From Hypanus sabinus (taxonomy: Eukaryota): a DNA stretch of 64,000 bases. The position numbers were made by a program, and so were the translations under genes. The notes below the pieces were generated by a model. That model was not told the origin of the DNA and made no database searches. It worked only from the letters and a program-made list of their open reading frames with translations. Location: assembly GCF_030144855.1 (NCBI RefSeq), contig NC_082712.1, positions 11,842,001 through 11,906,000 of the forward strand, in the 5' to 3' direction. Each line of letters opens with the position of its first letter. The stretch's first letter is position 1. Shown piece after piece: positions 48,621 to 60,500 of the stretch.

Positions 48621-50621
48621 TGGTGGGAGGAATGTTTGAAATTCTGAGATTGATGTGGCTGTTGGGCTGTAGTTTATTTTGCTCTCCTTCAGTTTCTGTT
48701 TTCTTTCTTGTTGCTGATTGGTGGGTTGGGGTTCTAGAGGGTTGATGGATTGTTCTTTGTGTGAGGGAGGGGTTAGGGATTGATGTTCCTGTTGCTGATT
48801 GGTGGGTTGGGATTCTAGAGGGATTATGTATTGTTTTTTGTGTGAGGGAGCATTTACGGATTGGTGTCTGATGTTCTTGTTGGCTTCTCTGTGTGGGTGA
48901 TCTGTGTGGGGAGAGGGTGTTGGGTTTGGTGTTGTCGGCCCTATATTTTTTGAGAGGGAGGGGGTTGGGGTCTTGGGGCTTTTGATCTTCTGACGATTGT
49001 CTTCCAGGTGGGTGATCTGTTTGGCTTTTCTGCGAGGGAGGGAGGCGGGGAGGGTTTGAGGTTTGAGAGATTTTTCTTTTCTCTTTCGTCTGGTGGGGTT
49101 GATGTCTTTTCATGTAACAAATCCCATGGTTTGTCTGGATATCATGGTTATCTGGAGAAGGTGAATATCAGAGTTGTATTCTACATGCAAACTTTGACAA
49201 TAAAATGAACCTTTGATCCTTTCCCCATAGACGCTGCCCGGCCTGCTGAGTTCCTCCAGTATTTTGTGTGTGTTGCTCTGGAGTTCCAGCAACGGCAGAT
49301 TTTTTCCTGTTTATGACCATGATTGTTCTTGGCAATTTTTCTGCAGAGGTGGTTTCCATCACCTTCTTCTGAGCAGTGTCTGTCCGGGATGGGTGAGCCC
49401 AGCCATTATCAATACTCTTCAGAGATTGTCTGCCTGGTGTCAGTGGTCACATAACCAGAATTTGTGATCTGCACCAGCTGCTTGTATGACCATCCACCAC
49501 CTGATCCCATGGGTTCACGTGACCCTGATCGGGGGCGAAGCAGGGGCTACACCTCTCCCAAGGGTAAAGTGAAGATGAGTGGAGGGAAGGAGTGACTTAC
49601 ACCTCCCTTGGTAAAGACGTATCTTCACCCTGACACCCTGTTATACATTGCAATACATATTAATTAAAAACTGTAAATTTCAATAAGAAATATATACCTA
49701 CATGTATAATTTTAAATTAAATAAGTAACACAAAAGAGGGAAAAATAGGGAAGAAAGTGAGCTGGTCCTCACTTTTCTGATTGTCCATTCAGAAATCCGA
49801 CGGCAGAAAGGAAGAAGCTCTTCCTGAAACGTTGAGTGTGCATCTTCTCTGGGAAGCTTCCTGATCCTCCGTTAGAACTCCACTCATTCCTCCCAAGCTC
49901 AGGCAAGGCCCCGCCAGGGGGTCCATTGAAGTTCTGGGGGCCGCCCTGTGTGAAGGACCGTCTGAGATGGAGTTGTGGTGGGGAAATGGAACTCATCACC
50001 AGCTGAGGCTGGGAGTGGCCGATATAACATTCATCCCTGGAGTCTGGACACAGAATACAATGGATGCTGGAGGTTCCGACCCATCCCTGAACACTGCAGA
50101 AGATGCCGAGATGGTGTGGGAGAGAGCAGAGGCCTCTGTGGACGTGCTGGAGTCCGTCGTGGGTTGGGGACAGGCCCCTCCCATCGGTGCTGCCTTCCTC
50201 TTTTGCTCAGTGCTGCCCCCAGTGTTCACTTAGTGAGAGACAAGCTGGACCAGGACAATATCCAATCTACCATCCAGCTCCAAGCCAGACCACTCAGGAA
50301 CTTGGGCAATATTATGTCTTTTTGTGACTGTATGCTTTTCTGCCTCGTAACGATGTGTACTGTGTGCTGTTGCTACTCTGCTTTACACTTTGTCCTGGAG
50401 GAACACTGTTTTGTTTTGCTGTATGCACGTGTGGCTGATTGACAATTAAACTTGAACTTGAATGTGGCGACGGGTTCTTTTCCGGGTCTGATCTACAGTC
50501 AGATCTCACTCGGGGACAGACAGATAAACTCGGGGGTGGGGATTGATTAGAGAAAGGATAATGGTAGCAGGCTTCCCCCCACCCTCCCCATACCCTGCAG
50601 AATGTGTCAGTGGTTTCTTAC

Positions 50622-51017
50622 CTGGGGTGACCTGCAGCTGGATCTCACTCTGGATCACATGCATATATGGGGGTTTGACGCGGTCTCCGCGAGGCCAATG
50701 ATAATAATCATGCTGGCTTTTCCTGAACTCAGCCAGACACAGGTAGCTGTGACTGTCCTCCACTCTCAGCTGCTTTATCCTGGTCGAGGCGTTTCCCAGC
50801 TCTGGGTCCCCGACGAGCTTGTACCGCGTCACTCCGTTTTCCACTGCCCACGATCCGTTTTCATAATGCCTGAAGGTGACGATGTGTCGGTAGGGATCCT
50901 TCCTCATCCACGTCACCGTGTGTGCGGTGAGGTTCTGCGGGGGCCGTGTGAACACACAGGGTAACGTGGCCGAAGCTCCTTCAGTCCCGTTCAGCACTGG
51001 AACACTCTCGCCGGGAG
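50622..51017 (-). CDS. Intact V-set Ig domain exon, Siglec-15/PILR-like
   Basis: Acceptor cctgtccttccctcAG|CT (51018-51019) and donor CCAG|GTAAG (50620-50621); 396 nt, phase 1-1, no stops. B-strand LPC, C-strand VTW, D/E RYKLVGDPELGNASTRIKQLRVED, F-strand YLC, G-strand EIQLQVT. Confidence 0.88.
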
Positions 51018-51324
51018 CTGAGGGAAGGACAGGTGCCTGAATATATCAGTTAACCCCCACCAAACATGTTTAACCACTGACAAAATTTCCAGCCAACAAA
51101 GCAATAAATACTCCCCTCCGTGACCACCCAAAGGAAAAGACCCCCACATGTGTCTCACTCATTGCAAACTGTTCAAACTAGGGAAACTCTTTCGAATATA
51201 AAACAGCCCCATCGGACTGGAGGCAGAGAAGCCTAAATCTCACACCACCACGTTCAGGAACAGCTAATTCCCTTCAGACATTCAGTTGTTGAACCAATTG
51301 ACACCATCACTAATCAGTGGAGTG

Positions 51325-52130
51325 TAACAAGACCAATCAGTACAGTCTAACAACACCAATCAGTACAGTCTAACAACACCAATCAGTACAGTGAAACACT
51401 GGCCATTACAGTGAAACAGCACAGATCAATACGCTGTAACAACACCAATCAGTACAGTGTAACAACACTGATCAGTACAGTATAACACCAATCAGTACAG
51501 TGTAACAACACTAGCCATTACAGTGTAACACCACCAGTAGGTACAGTCACTGTACGACGTCACTTCAGTGTAACAACACTAATCAGTACAGTGTGATAAC
51601 ACTAATCAGTACAGTGTAACAACTCTAGTCAGTACAGTGCAACAATACTAATCACTATAGTGTGAATACACTAATCAGTGCAGTGTAACAACACTAGTCA
51701 CTACTGTGCAATAATGCTAATGACTGAAGTATAACAACATTAACCAGTACTGTGTAAGAACATCAGTCACTACATTGTAACAACACTAGTCACTGTAGTG
51801 TGACCACTCTATTCACTAAAGTGTAATAACACTACTCACTGCAGAGTAACATCTCTAGTCACAACAGCATAACACTAGGCATAACAGTGTCATAGCACTA
51901 GTCACTACAGAATTATAACACTACTCAGTACAGTGTAAAAACACTAGTCACTGCAGTATAACAACACTAATTAGTACAGTGTGACAACACAATCACCACA
52001 ATGAAACAACACCAGTCAGTATTGTATAACAACACTAGTCACTATACTGTTACAGCCTAATCAATACAGAGTAATAATACTGATCAATACAGTATAACAA
52101 CACCAGTCAGTCCAGTGTAATGGCATTAGT
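51325..52130. repeat. Minisatellite, ~22-23-bp unit (consensus about AACAACACTAATCAGTACAGTGT), roughly 35 copies
   Basis: Contiguous degenerate tandem units with no unique spacers. Confidence 0.92.
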
Positions 52131-53692
52131 CATTAACTTATTAACTTAGCTGTGGGAATATTTTGCATTATGAGCTGTGTGTGATGTGATACCGTAGATG
52201 TTTTCTGGGTGCATTGTGCTCCAGAGGAACGCTGTTACATTTTGTTGTGGAGATGTACAGTCAGATGACAATGAACATGATCTTCATCTGTACTTGAATC
52301 TCTTCTACACTGAATCCACTCCAGTGTGATACTTACCTTACTGAAAGTGTTCAACAACCTGAGCTGGTGTGTTTGACAGAGAATTCTACAGTGAATCCTC
52401 TCCAGTGTAATACTTAATGTACTGAAAATGTTCAACTTTCTTATGTTTTGTGAGTGCACCTTGATCCGGAAGAAGGTGGTTTCACTAGAACACTAGAATA
52501 CTACAACACAGTACAGGCCCTTCAGCCCTGGATGTTGTGCCGACCCATATATTCCTTTAAAAAAGTACTAAACCCACACTACCCCGTAACCTTCTATTTT
52601 TCTTTTATCAATGTGCATGTCCAAGAGGCTCTTAAATACCCCAAATGTTTTAGCCTCCTCCACCATCCCTGGCAAGTCATTCCAGGCACCCACTACCCTC
52701 TAATAAAAAAAAACTTACCCCAATGTCTCCCCTAAACTTCCCTCCATTAACTTTGTACATATGCCCTCTGGTGTTTGCTATTGGTGCCCTGGGAAACAGG
52801 TACTGACTATCCACTCTATCTATGCCTCTCATGATCTTTAGACCTCTATCAAGTCCCCTCTCATCCTTCTAAGCTCCAAAGAGAAAAGTCCCAGCTCTGC
52901 TAACATTGCCTCATAAGACTTGTGTTCCAATCCAGGCAACATCCTGGTAAATCTCCTCTGCACCCTCTCCATAGCTTCCACATCCTTCCTATAATGAGGT
53001 AACCAGAACTGAACACAATACTCTAAGTGTGGTCTCACCAGAGATTTGTAGAGTTGCAACATGACCTCTCTACTCTTGAACTCAGTCCTCCTATTAATGA
53101 AGCCTAGCATCCCATAGGCCTTCTTAACTACCCTATCAACCTGCGCAGCGACCTTGAGGGATGTATGGATTTGAACCCCAAGGTCCCTTTGTTCATCCGC
53201 ATTCTTAATTAACTGACCATTAATCCTGTACTCAGTCTTCTGGTTTGTCCTTCCAAAATGCATCAACTCACACTTATCCGGATCGAACTCTATCACCGAC
53301 CTCCAGGCAGAATACTTTCCTTCCACTACTACCCTCTGCTTTCTTCTTGTAAGCCAATTTTTTATCCAAACAGCCAAGGTTCCACTGATCCCATGCCTCA
53401 TGACTTTCTTGATGAGTCTCTCATGGGGGACCTTGTCAAATGCCTTGTTAAAATCCATGTAGACCACATCTACTGCCCTACCCTGATCAATTCCTTTTGT
53501 TACCTCTTCAAAAAACTCAATCAGGCTTGTGAGGCACAACCTTCCCTTCACAAAGCCATGTTCACTATCCTTGAGTAGACTGTACTTCTCCAAATACTCG
53601 TAGATCCTATCCTTAAGAATCCTTTCCAATAGTTTTCAGACCACTGACATAAGACTCACCAGTCTATAGTTCCCAGGATTCTCCCTATTACC

Positions 53693-56466
53693 ATTTTTTT
53701 GTAATTTTTTTATTGAAGTTCATCATCAAACAAACATTTCCATAAGATGTATTTCAGACATTGTGCATATATATCATATAATCATATATATCACAAATCA
53801 CATAGTATTTATCTGAGGTATACCCTTATAGAAAAGAGAGGAAAGAAAAAACAAGCAAAAGGAAAAAAACCATGTATAACTAGGGAGTGATCTTTTTTTA
53901 CAACATATTCATGAGCTTTGGAAAGCCGAGCCACACTGCATCCAATTTTTCATCCAGGCGGTGTACGATGTGCTTCCAAGCCCATCAAACCTGCACACAT
54001 GGGGCAAAGCAGAGCCATCAGTGTGCTCACTGTGTTCCAAGCGAGGAACCCTGGAGCACATCCTCAGCAGCTGCACAAGAGCACTAGGTGAGGGACGGTA
54101 CCGATGGAGGCATGAAGACCATCACTGAAGCCATCAGCACAGGAGTGGAGTGGGCAAAGCGGTCCTGACCCTCCAAGCAGACCATTGCCTTTGTAAGAGC
54201 TGGAGAGCAGCCAATAGCCGCCAAAAGAACATCTGCAGGTATCCTGACCTCTGCAAGAGACTGGCAGCTGTTGGTGGACCTCGAAAGGCAGCTGAATTTC
54301 CCCAACCATATTGCTGCCACCACCCTGTGACCTGACATTGTCCTTGTGTCTGAGCCTACGAAGCTGGTGGTGATGCTGGAGCTGACAGTCCCATGGGAAG
54401 ATCACTTGGAAGAGGCCTTTGAAAGGAAGCTATCTAAGTATGCAGGACTGGTCAGCAACTGCCAGCAGGCTGGATGGAGAGCAAGGTGTCTCCCAGTGGA
54501 AGTTGGTTGTAGGGGATTTGCAGCCCATTCCTTAGCCAGAGCCGATGGCAATTTGGGCATCGAGGGAGAGAGGAAGTGGACAGCCATCCACAGTACCACC
54601 GATGCGGCAGAGAGGACCTCAAGGTGGCTGTGGCTCAAGAGAGTGGAGCCATGGAGTCATGTGTAGCTAGCCATCTGGACACAAGCTGGGGTCTGATCAG
54701 CCCCGGCTGGGTCACCTGGAGGAGGGTGTATGATGTTGAAAAACCTGAAACACCCGATGATTCCAGGAACATCACTGATGATGTGTCCAGAAGCATCAGT
54801 AGATGTATGTACACGGATTGATTTGTGAGAATAAAATCAGGCCTATGAGGCATTATGTAGTTAAACCATTTTTCCCAGTATGAATCAAATTGTTCCAGCT
54901 TATGATTAACAGATGCTGTTATCTTCTCCATTTTGTAAATGTCCATTGTAATTTCCATCCATGCATTTAAAGTTGGGCTCTCCTGTGATAACCATTTCCT
55001 AGGAAGAGTCTTTTTACCAGCCACCAACGGTATATTCATTAAACGTTTATCTCTTTTCAACCATTCTTGAGGTATATATCCAAAATATATGATCTTTACT
55101 CTCTAAGGATATTTCACATTTAAAGGTGTCTTGAAGGGCATTGTGTATCCCCCTCCAATAGTCTTTGATAACAGGGCAGTCCCAAAAAATATGATTTGCA
55201 TTTTGATTTCCACAATTTCTCCAGCAAACAGGGAGGTTACTATCATAATGGGATTTCTGAGAGGGTGTAATAAAATATCTTATCAAGTTTTTCCATCCAA
55301 ACTCCCTCCATTTCTGTGAACTGGAACACTTCCATTGATATCTCCATATTGTCCATTCTTCCTCAGATATAATTATCCCTCCTTCCTTCTCCCATTTTGT
55401 TTTAATGTATGAAGTCGAATGTATTTTAAGATTTGACAACCCCTTATGCATGCTTGAAATGATTCGACTACTATTATCTGAATTATATGTTTTTCTAAAT
55501 AGCTCTATCAAGCATGTACTTGCCTTGGTTATATTTTTAAGCATCTTATTAACATATTGTCACATCTGTAAATACTGATAAAAATCTTGTTTTTTCTGTT
55601 TCTCTTTAAGCATTTCAAAACTGAACAGTGTTCCTTCTTTTATTATGTTGCAAAGAACTGTTATTCCTTTAGCTGTCCAGCCCTTAAATCTAGCATCCAA
55701 TTTATTTGGTGTAAAATCCGAGTCATATGCACACCATTTAAGAATTGCAATATCATCCTCTAGATTATATTCCATATTTGAAGAATCAATTTCACCCATG
55801 GGTTATCAATAGTATTTATGTACCTTTGCAGGGTGTTATCAGCCAAAATTGCTTGTATGGGGATCAGAAGTGCCCGCTCCTCAATGGTTTTTCCATTGAG
55901 TGTCATACGATGGGTTATACCAACATATCACAGCTGTCAACAGTGCTGCAAAATAATAATCTTTAAGAGAAGGTGGGCCCCATCCCCTCTTTTCCTTTGC
56001 TAATTGCAAAGTTTTGAGACTAACTCTAGGCCTTTTACTCTGCCAAATATACCTTGATAACATCTTGTTCATTGAATTGATTTTGATTCATCTCTATTGG
56101 TAGGGTCTTAAAGAGATATAACAGTCTGGGCAGTATATTAATTTTAATAGACTCAATCCTTGAACTTCAACTGAAAAAAGGAATCTGGTTCCATCTTGCC
56201 ACATCTTCCTTACTTTTTTTTATTTAAAGGCTGATGATTACATTCTGATAATTTTGCCAAATCTTTTGGCATAATGATGTACAAATATTTGAAAGACTCT
56301 GTGTGCCATGTCCAGGGATATCGACTTTCAATTTCTCTTAGTGGGCTATAGTTATATGAAAGTAATTGGGTTTTATCTATGTTGATCTTGTATCCTGATA
56401 ATTGACTATATTGTTCAAAGGATTGCACTAATTTAGGTAAAGAGTATGTTGGTTGCCCTAGGTGGA
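53693..56466 (-). mobile_element. 5'-truncated L1 LINE (RT end, zinc knuckle, 3' UTR)
   Basis: SGYKINIDKTQ, F.WQSKRPRV, CWRNCG..NANHIFWDCP motifs; T-rich tail at 53693; 11-bp TSD TCCCTATTACC at 53682-53692 and 56467-56477. Confidence 0.9.
53913..54816 (+). mobile_element. HERO-like non-LTR element 3' fragment with restriction-like endonuclease
   Basis: WQLLVDL..TTL*PDIVLVSE..LELTVPWE..AFERKLSKY..LPVEVGCRGF (PD-(D/E)xK RLE domain); hairpin-rich 3' UTR; AT duplicated at the junctions. Confidence 0.8.
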
Positions 56467-57504
56467 TCCCTATTACCTTTCTTAAACAAGGGAATTACAT
56501 TTGCCATTCTCCAATCCTCCGTCACCTCCCCTGCAGCCAAGAGCATTCAAAGATCATAGCTAATGCTCCTGTGATCTCTTCTCTCACTTCCTTCAGCAAC
56601 CTGGGGTATATCACATCCAGCCCTGGGGACTAATCAATCTTGATGTTTTTAAGAAGATCCAATACTTCTTCTTCCTTAATCTCCACATTGTCCAGCACAC
56701 AGGCCCACTCTACTTCGATCTCATCCTGATCAAGGTCCTTTTCACTTGTGAATACTGAAGCAAAGTATTCATTTAGGACCTCCCCAACCTCCTCCGCGTC
56801 CAGGCACATGTTGCCTGCTTTATCCTTTAGGGGTCCCACCTTCATTCTTGTCACCCTTCTGTTCTTCACATATGCATAGAACACTTTGGGGTTCTCCTTA
56901 ATCCTACATGCCTAGGTCCTCTCATGCCCCCTTCGAGCTCTCCCATGTCCTTTCCTAAGCTCCTTCCAGGCTACCCTATATTTCTCATGAGTCCCTCCTG
57001 CTTCCTGCTTCTTATATCTAACATATGCTTCCTTCTTCCTCTAGACGAGTTGCCTCACGTGTTTTGTCAGCCACGGTTCCCTTTTCCTACCATTTTTTCC
57101 TTGTCTCAGTGGGACAAACCTATCCTGAACCCAGCACAACTGGTCCCTAAACTTCTCCCACATTACTTCTGTGCTTTCACCCTTGAACATCTGTTTCCAA
57201 TTTACTCTCGCTAGTTCCTACACCATCCCTTCATTATTAGCCCTTACCCAGTTAAGCACTTTCCCATTTTGTCTGTTTTTATCCTTTTCCATAGCTCTGC
57301 TGAAGCTAAGGGAGTTGTGGTCACTCTCACCAAAATGCTCCCCCACCAAGAGGTCTGTCACCTGACCAGGTTCATTACCCAGAACCAGATCCAGTTAAGC
57401 CTCTCCTCTCATCGGCCGGTCCACATACTCTGTCAGGAATCCTTCTTGAACACACCTGACAAATTTAGCCCCATCTATCCATCTTGCAGTCAGGAGGTGC
57501 CAGT

Positions 57505-60500
57505 CAATAGACAATAGACAATAGACAATAGGTGCAGAAGCAGATCATTCGGCCCCTCGAGTCTGCACCGCCATTCTGAGATCATGGCTGATCATTCACT
57601 ATCAATACCCAGTCCCTGCCTTGTCCCCATATCCCTTGATTCCCCTATCCATCAGATATCTATCTAGCTCCTTCTTGAAAGCATCCAGAGAATTGGCCTC
57701 CACCGTCTTCCGAGGCAGTGCATTCCACACCTCCACAACTCTCTGGGAGAAGAAGCTCTTCCTCAACTCTGTTTTAAATAACTGACCTCTTATTCTCAAT
57801 CCATGCCCTCTGGTACTGGTCTCTCCCAACATCTGGAACATATTTCCTGCCTCAATCCTATCAAATCCTTTAATTATCTTAAACGTTTCAATCCGATCCC
57901 CTCTCAATCTCCTCAATTCCAGCGTGTACAAGCCCAATCTCTCCAATCTTTCTGCGTAAGACAGCCCTGCCATCCCAGGAATCAACCTAGTGAATCTACG
58001 CTGCACTTCCTCAACTGCCAGAATGTCCTTCCTTAAACCTGGAGACCAAAACTGTACACAATATTCCAGGTGTGGTCTCACCAGGGCCCTGTACAAATGC
58101 AAAAGGACATCCTTGCTCTTGTATTCAATTCCCCTTGTAACAAAGGCCAACATTCCATTTGCCCTCTTCACTGCCTGTTGCACTTGCTCATTCACCTTCA
58201 TTGACTGGTGAACTAAGACTCCTAGGTCTCTTTGCATTTCTCCCTTACCTAACTCTACACCGTTCAGACAATACTCTGCCCTCTTGTTCCTGATTCCAAA
58301 GTGGATAACTTCACATTTATTCACATTGAATGACATCTGCCAAGTATCTGCCCACTCACCCAGCCTATCCAAGTCTCCCTGTATTCTCCTAACGTCCTCT
58401 TCGCATGTCACACTGCCACCCAGTTTAGTATCGTCAGCAAACTTGCTGATATAGTTTTCAATGCCCTCATCTAAATCATTGACATAAATCGTAAAGAGCT
58501 GTGGTCCCAATACAGAGCCCTGTGGTACCCCACTAGTCACCTCCAGTCAGTCCGAGAAACACCCATTCACTGATACCCTTTGCTTTCTATCTGCCAACCA
58601 GTTTTCTATCCATGTTGAAACCCTGCCCCCAATGCCATGAGCTCTGATTTTACTCACCAATCTCCTATGTGGCACCTTATCGAATGCCTTCTGAAATCTA
58701 GGTATACAACATCCACTGGCTTACCCTCATCTAACATCCTTGTTACAACCTCAAAAAACTCCAACAGATTAGTCAAGCATGATTTGCCCTTGGTAAATCC
58801 ATGCTGGCTCAGCCTAATCCTATTTCTGCCATCTAGATGTGCCACTGTTTCGTCCTTAATAATGGACTCAAGCATCTTCCCCATGACTGACGTTATGCTA
58901 ACAGGGCGATAGATCTCCATTTTCTCCTTCCCTCCCTTCTTGAAAAGTGGGATAACACTAGCCACTCTCCAACCTTCAGGAACTGATCCTGAATCTAAGG
59001 AACATTGGAAAATGATTACCAATGCATCCGCAATTTCCTGAGCCACCTCTTTTAGAACCCTTGGATGCAGACCAAACGGACCCGGGGATTTATTAGCCTT
59101 CATTCCTACCAGTCTACTCATCACAGATTCTTTCCGAATGTCAATCTGTCTCAATTCCTCTGATATCTTATGACCCTGGCCCATCCATACATCTGGGAGA
59201 TTGCTTGTGTCCTCCCTGGTGAAGACAGATCTAAAGTACGCATTAAATTCTGTTGCCATTTCCCTGTTTCCCATAACAATTTCTCCCAATTCATTCTTCA
59301 AGGAGCCAACATTGTTCTTAACTATCTTCTTTCTCTTCACATAGCTAAAAAAAGCTTTTGCTATCCCCTTTTATATTCCTGGCTAGACTGAGCTCATACC
59401 TGATTTTTTCTCTCTGTATTGCTTTTTTAGTTAAGATCTGCTGTTCCTTAAAACTTTCCCAATCATCTGTATTCCCACTCATCTTAGCCCTGTCATACTT
59501 CTTTTTCTTTAATGCAATACAATCTCTGACTTCCTTTGTCAACCACTGTGGCCCCTTCCCCCTCTTTGAATCCTTCCTTCTCATTGGAATGAACTGCTTT
59601 TGCATCTTTTGTATTATGCCCAAGAATATCTGCCACTGCTGATCCACTGTCTTTCCTGCCAGGGCATCCGCCCATTTAACTTTGGCCAGCTCTTCCCTCA
59701 TGGCTCCGTAGTCTCCTTTATTTAATTGCAACACTGACACCTCTGATCTGCCCTTATCCCTCTCAAATTGTAGATGAAAACTTATCATGTTATGATCACT
59801 ACATCCTAATGGCTCCTTTACTTCAAGATCACTTATCAATTCCTGTTCATTACACATCACCAAGTCCAAAATAGCCTCGTTCCTGGTTGGCTCAAGCACA
59901 AGCTGTTCCAAAAATACATCCCTTAGACACTCCACAAACTCCCTATCCTGGGGTCCAGCACCTACCTGATTCTCCCAGTTCACCTGCATGTTGAAATCTC
60001 CCATAACGACTGCATTACCTTTAGCACATGCCAATGTTAACTCCCTAATCAACTTGTACCCAATATCCATGCTACTGTTTGGGGGCCTGTACACAACACC
60101 CATTAGGGTCTTTTTACCCTTACTGTTCCTCAGCTCAATCCACACAGACTCTACTTCCCCTGTTCCCAAGTCACCTCTTGCTAAGGATTGAATCTCATTC
60201 CTCACCAACAGGGCCACCCCACCCTCTCTTCCCATATTTCTGTTTCTACGTTAGCACGTATACCCTGGTACACTCAATTCCCAGGCCTGATCCCCTTGCA
60301 GCCATGTCTCCGTTATCCCAACAATATCGTAGTTCCCCATTTTCATCCGAGCTTCAAGCTCATCTGTCTTATTTCTGACACTACGCGCATTCAAGTATAG
60401 AATTCTTAGCCCATTCCTCCTCTCTTTGTTTAAAACACTGTCTACTGTACCTAACCCAGCTCCTTGAACTTCCATCGGGCTAATTGCACCCTGAATTTTG

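Noticed and set aside
48610-49113. 167-aa Pro/Gln/Thr-rich ORF
   Set aside because: It is the antisense reading of a low-complexity, internally repeated GT-rich LINE-type 3' UTR, with no domain or splice support.
51325-52130. CRISPR-like array or RAG recombination signals (TACAGTG near a V exon)
   Set aside because: Units are contiguous with no unique spacers and there are no cas genes. TACAGTG lacks the essential first C of the heptamer and no ACAAAAACC nonamer lies at 12/23 bp. The V exon already includes its G strand.
54730-54800. Hammerhead in the HERO 3' UTR (GAAAC...CTGATGA)
   Set aside because: CTGATGA lies in an ACATCA/TGATGT hairpin, and the required stems II and III cannot be formed.
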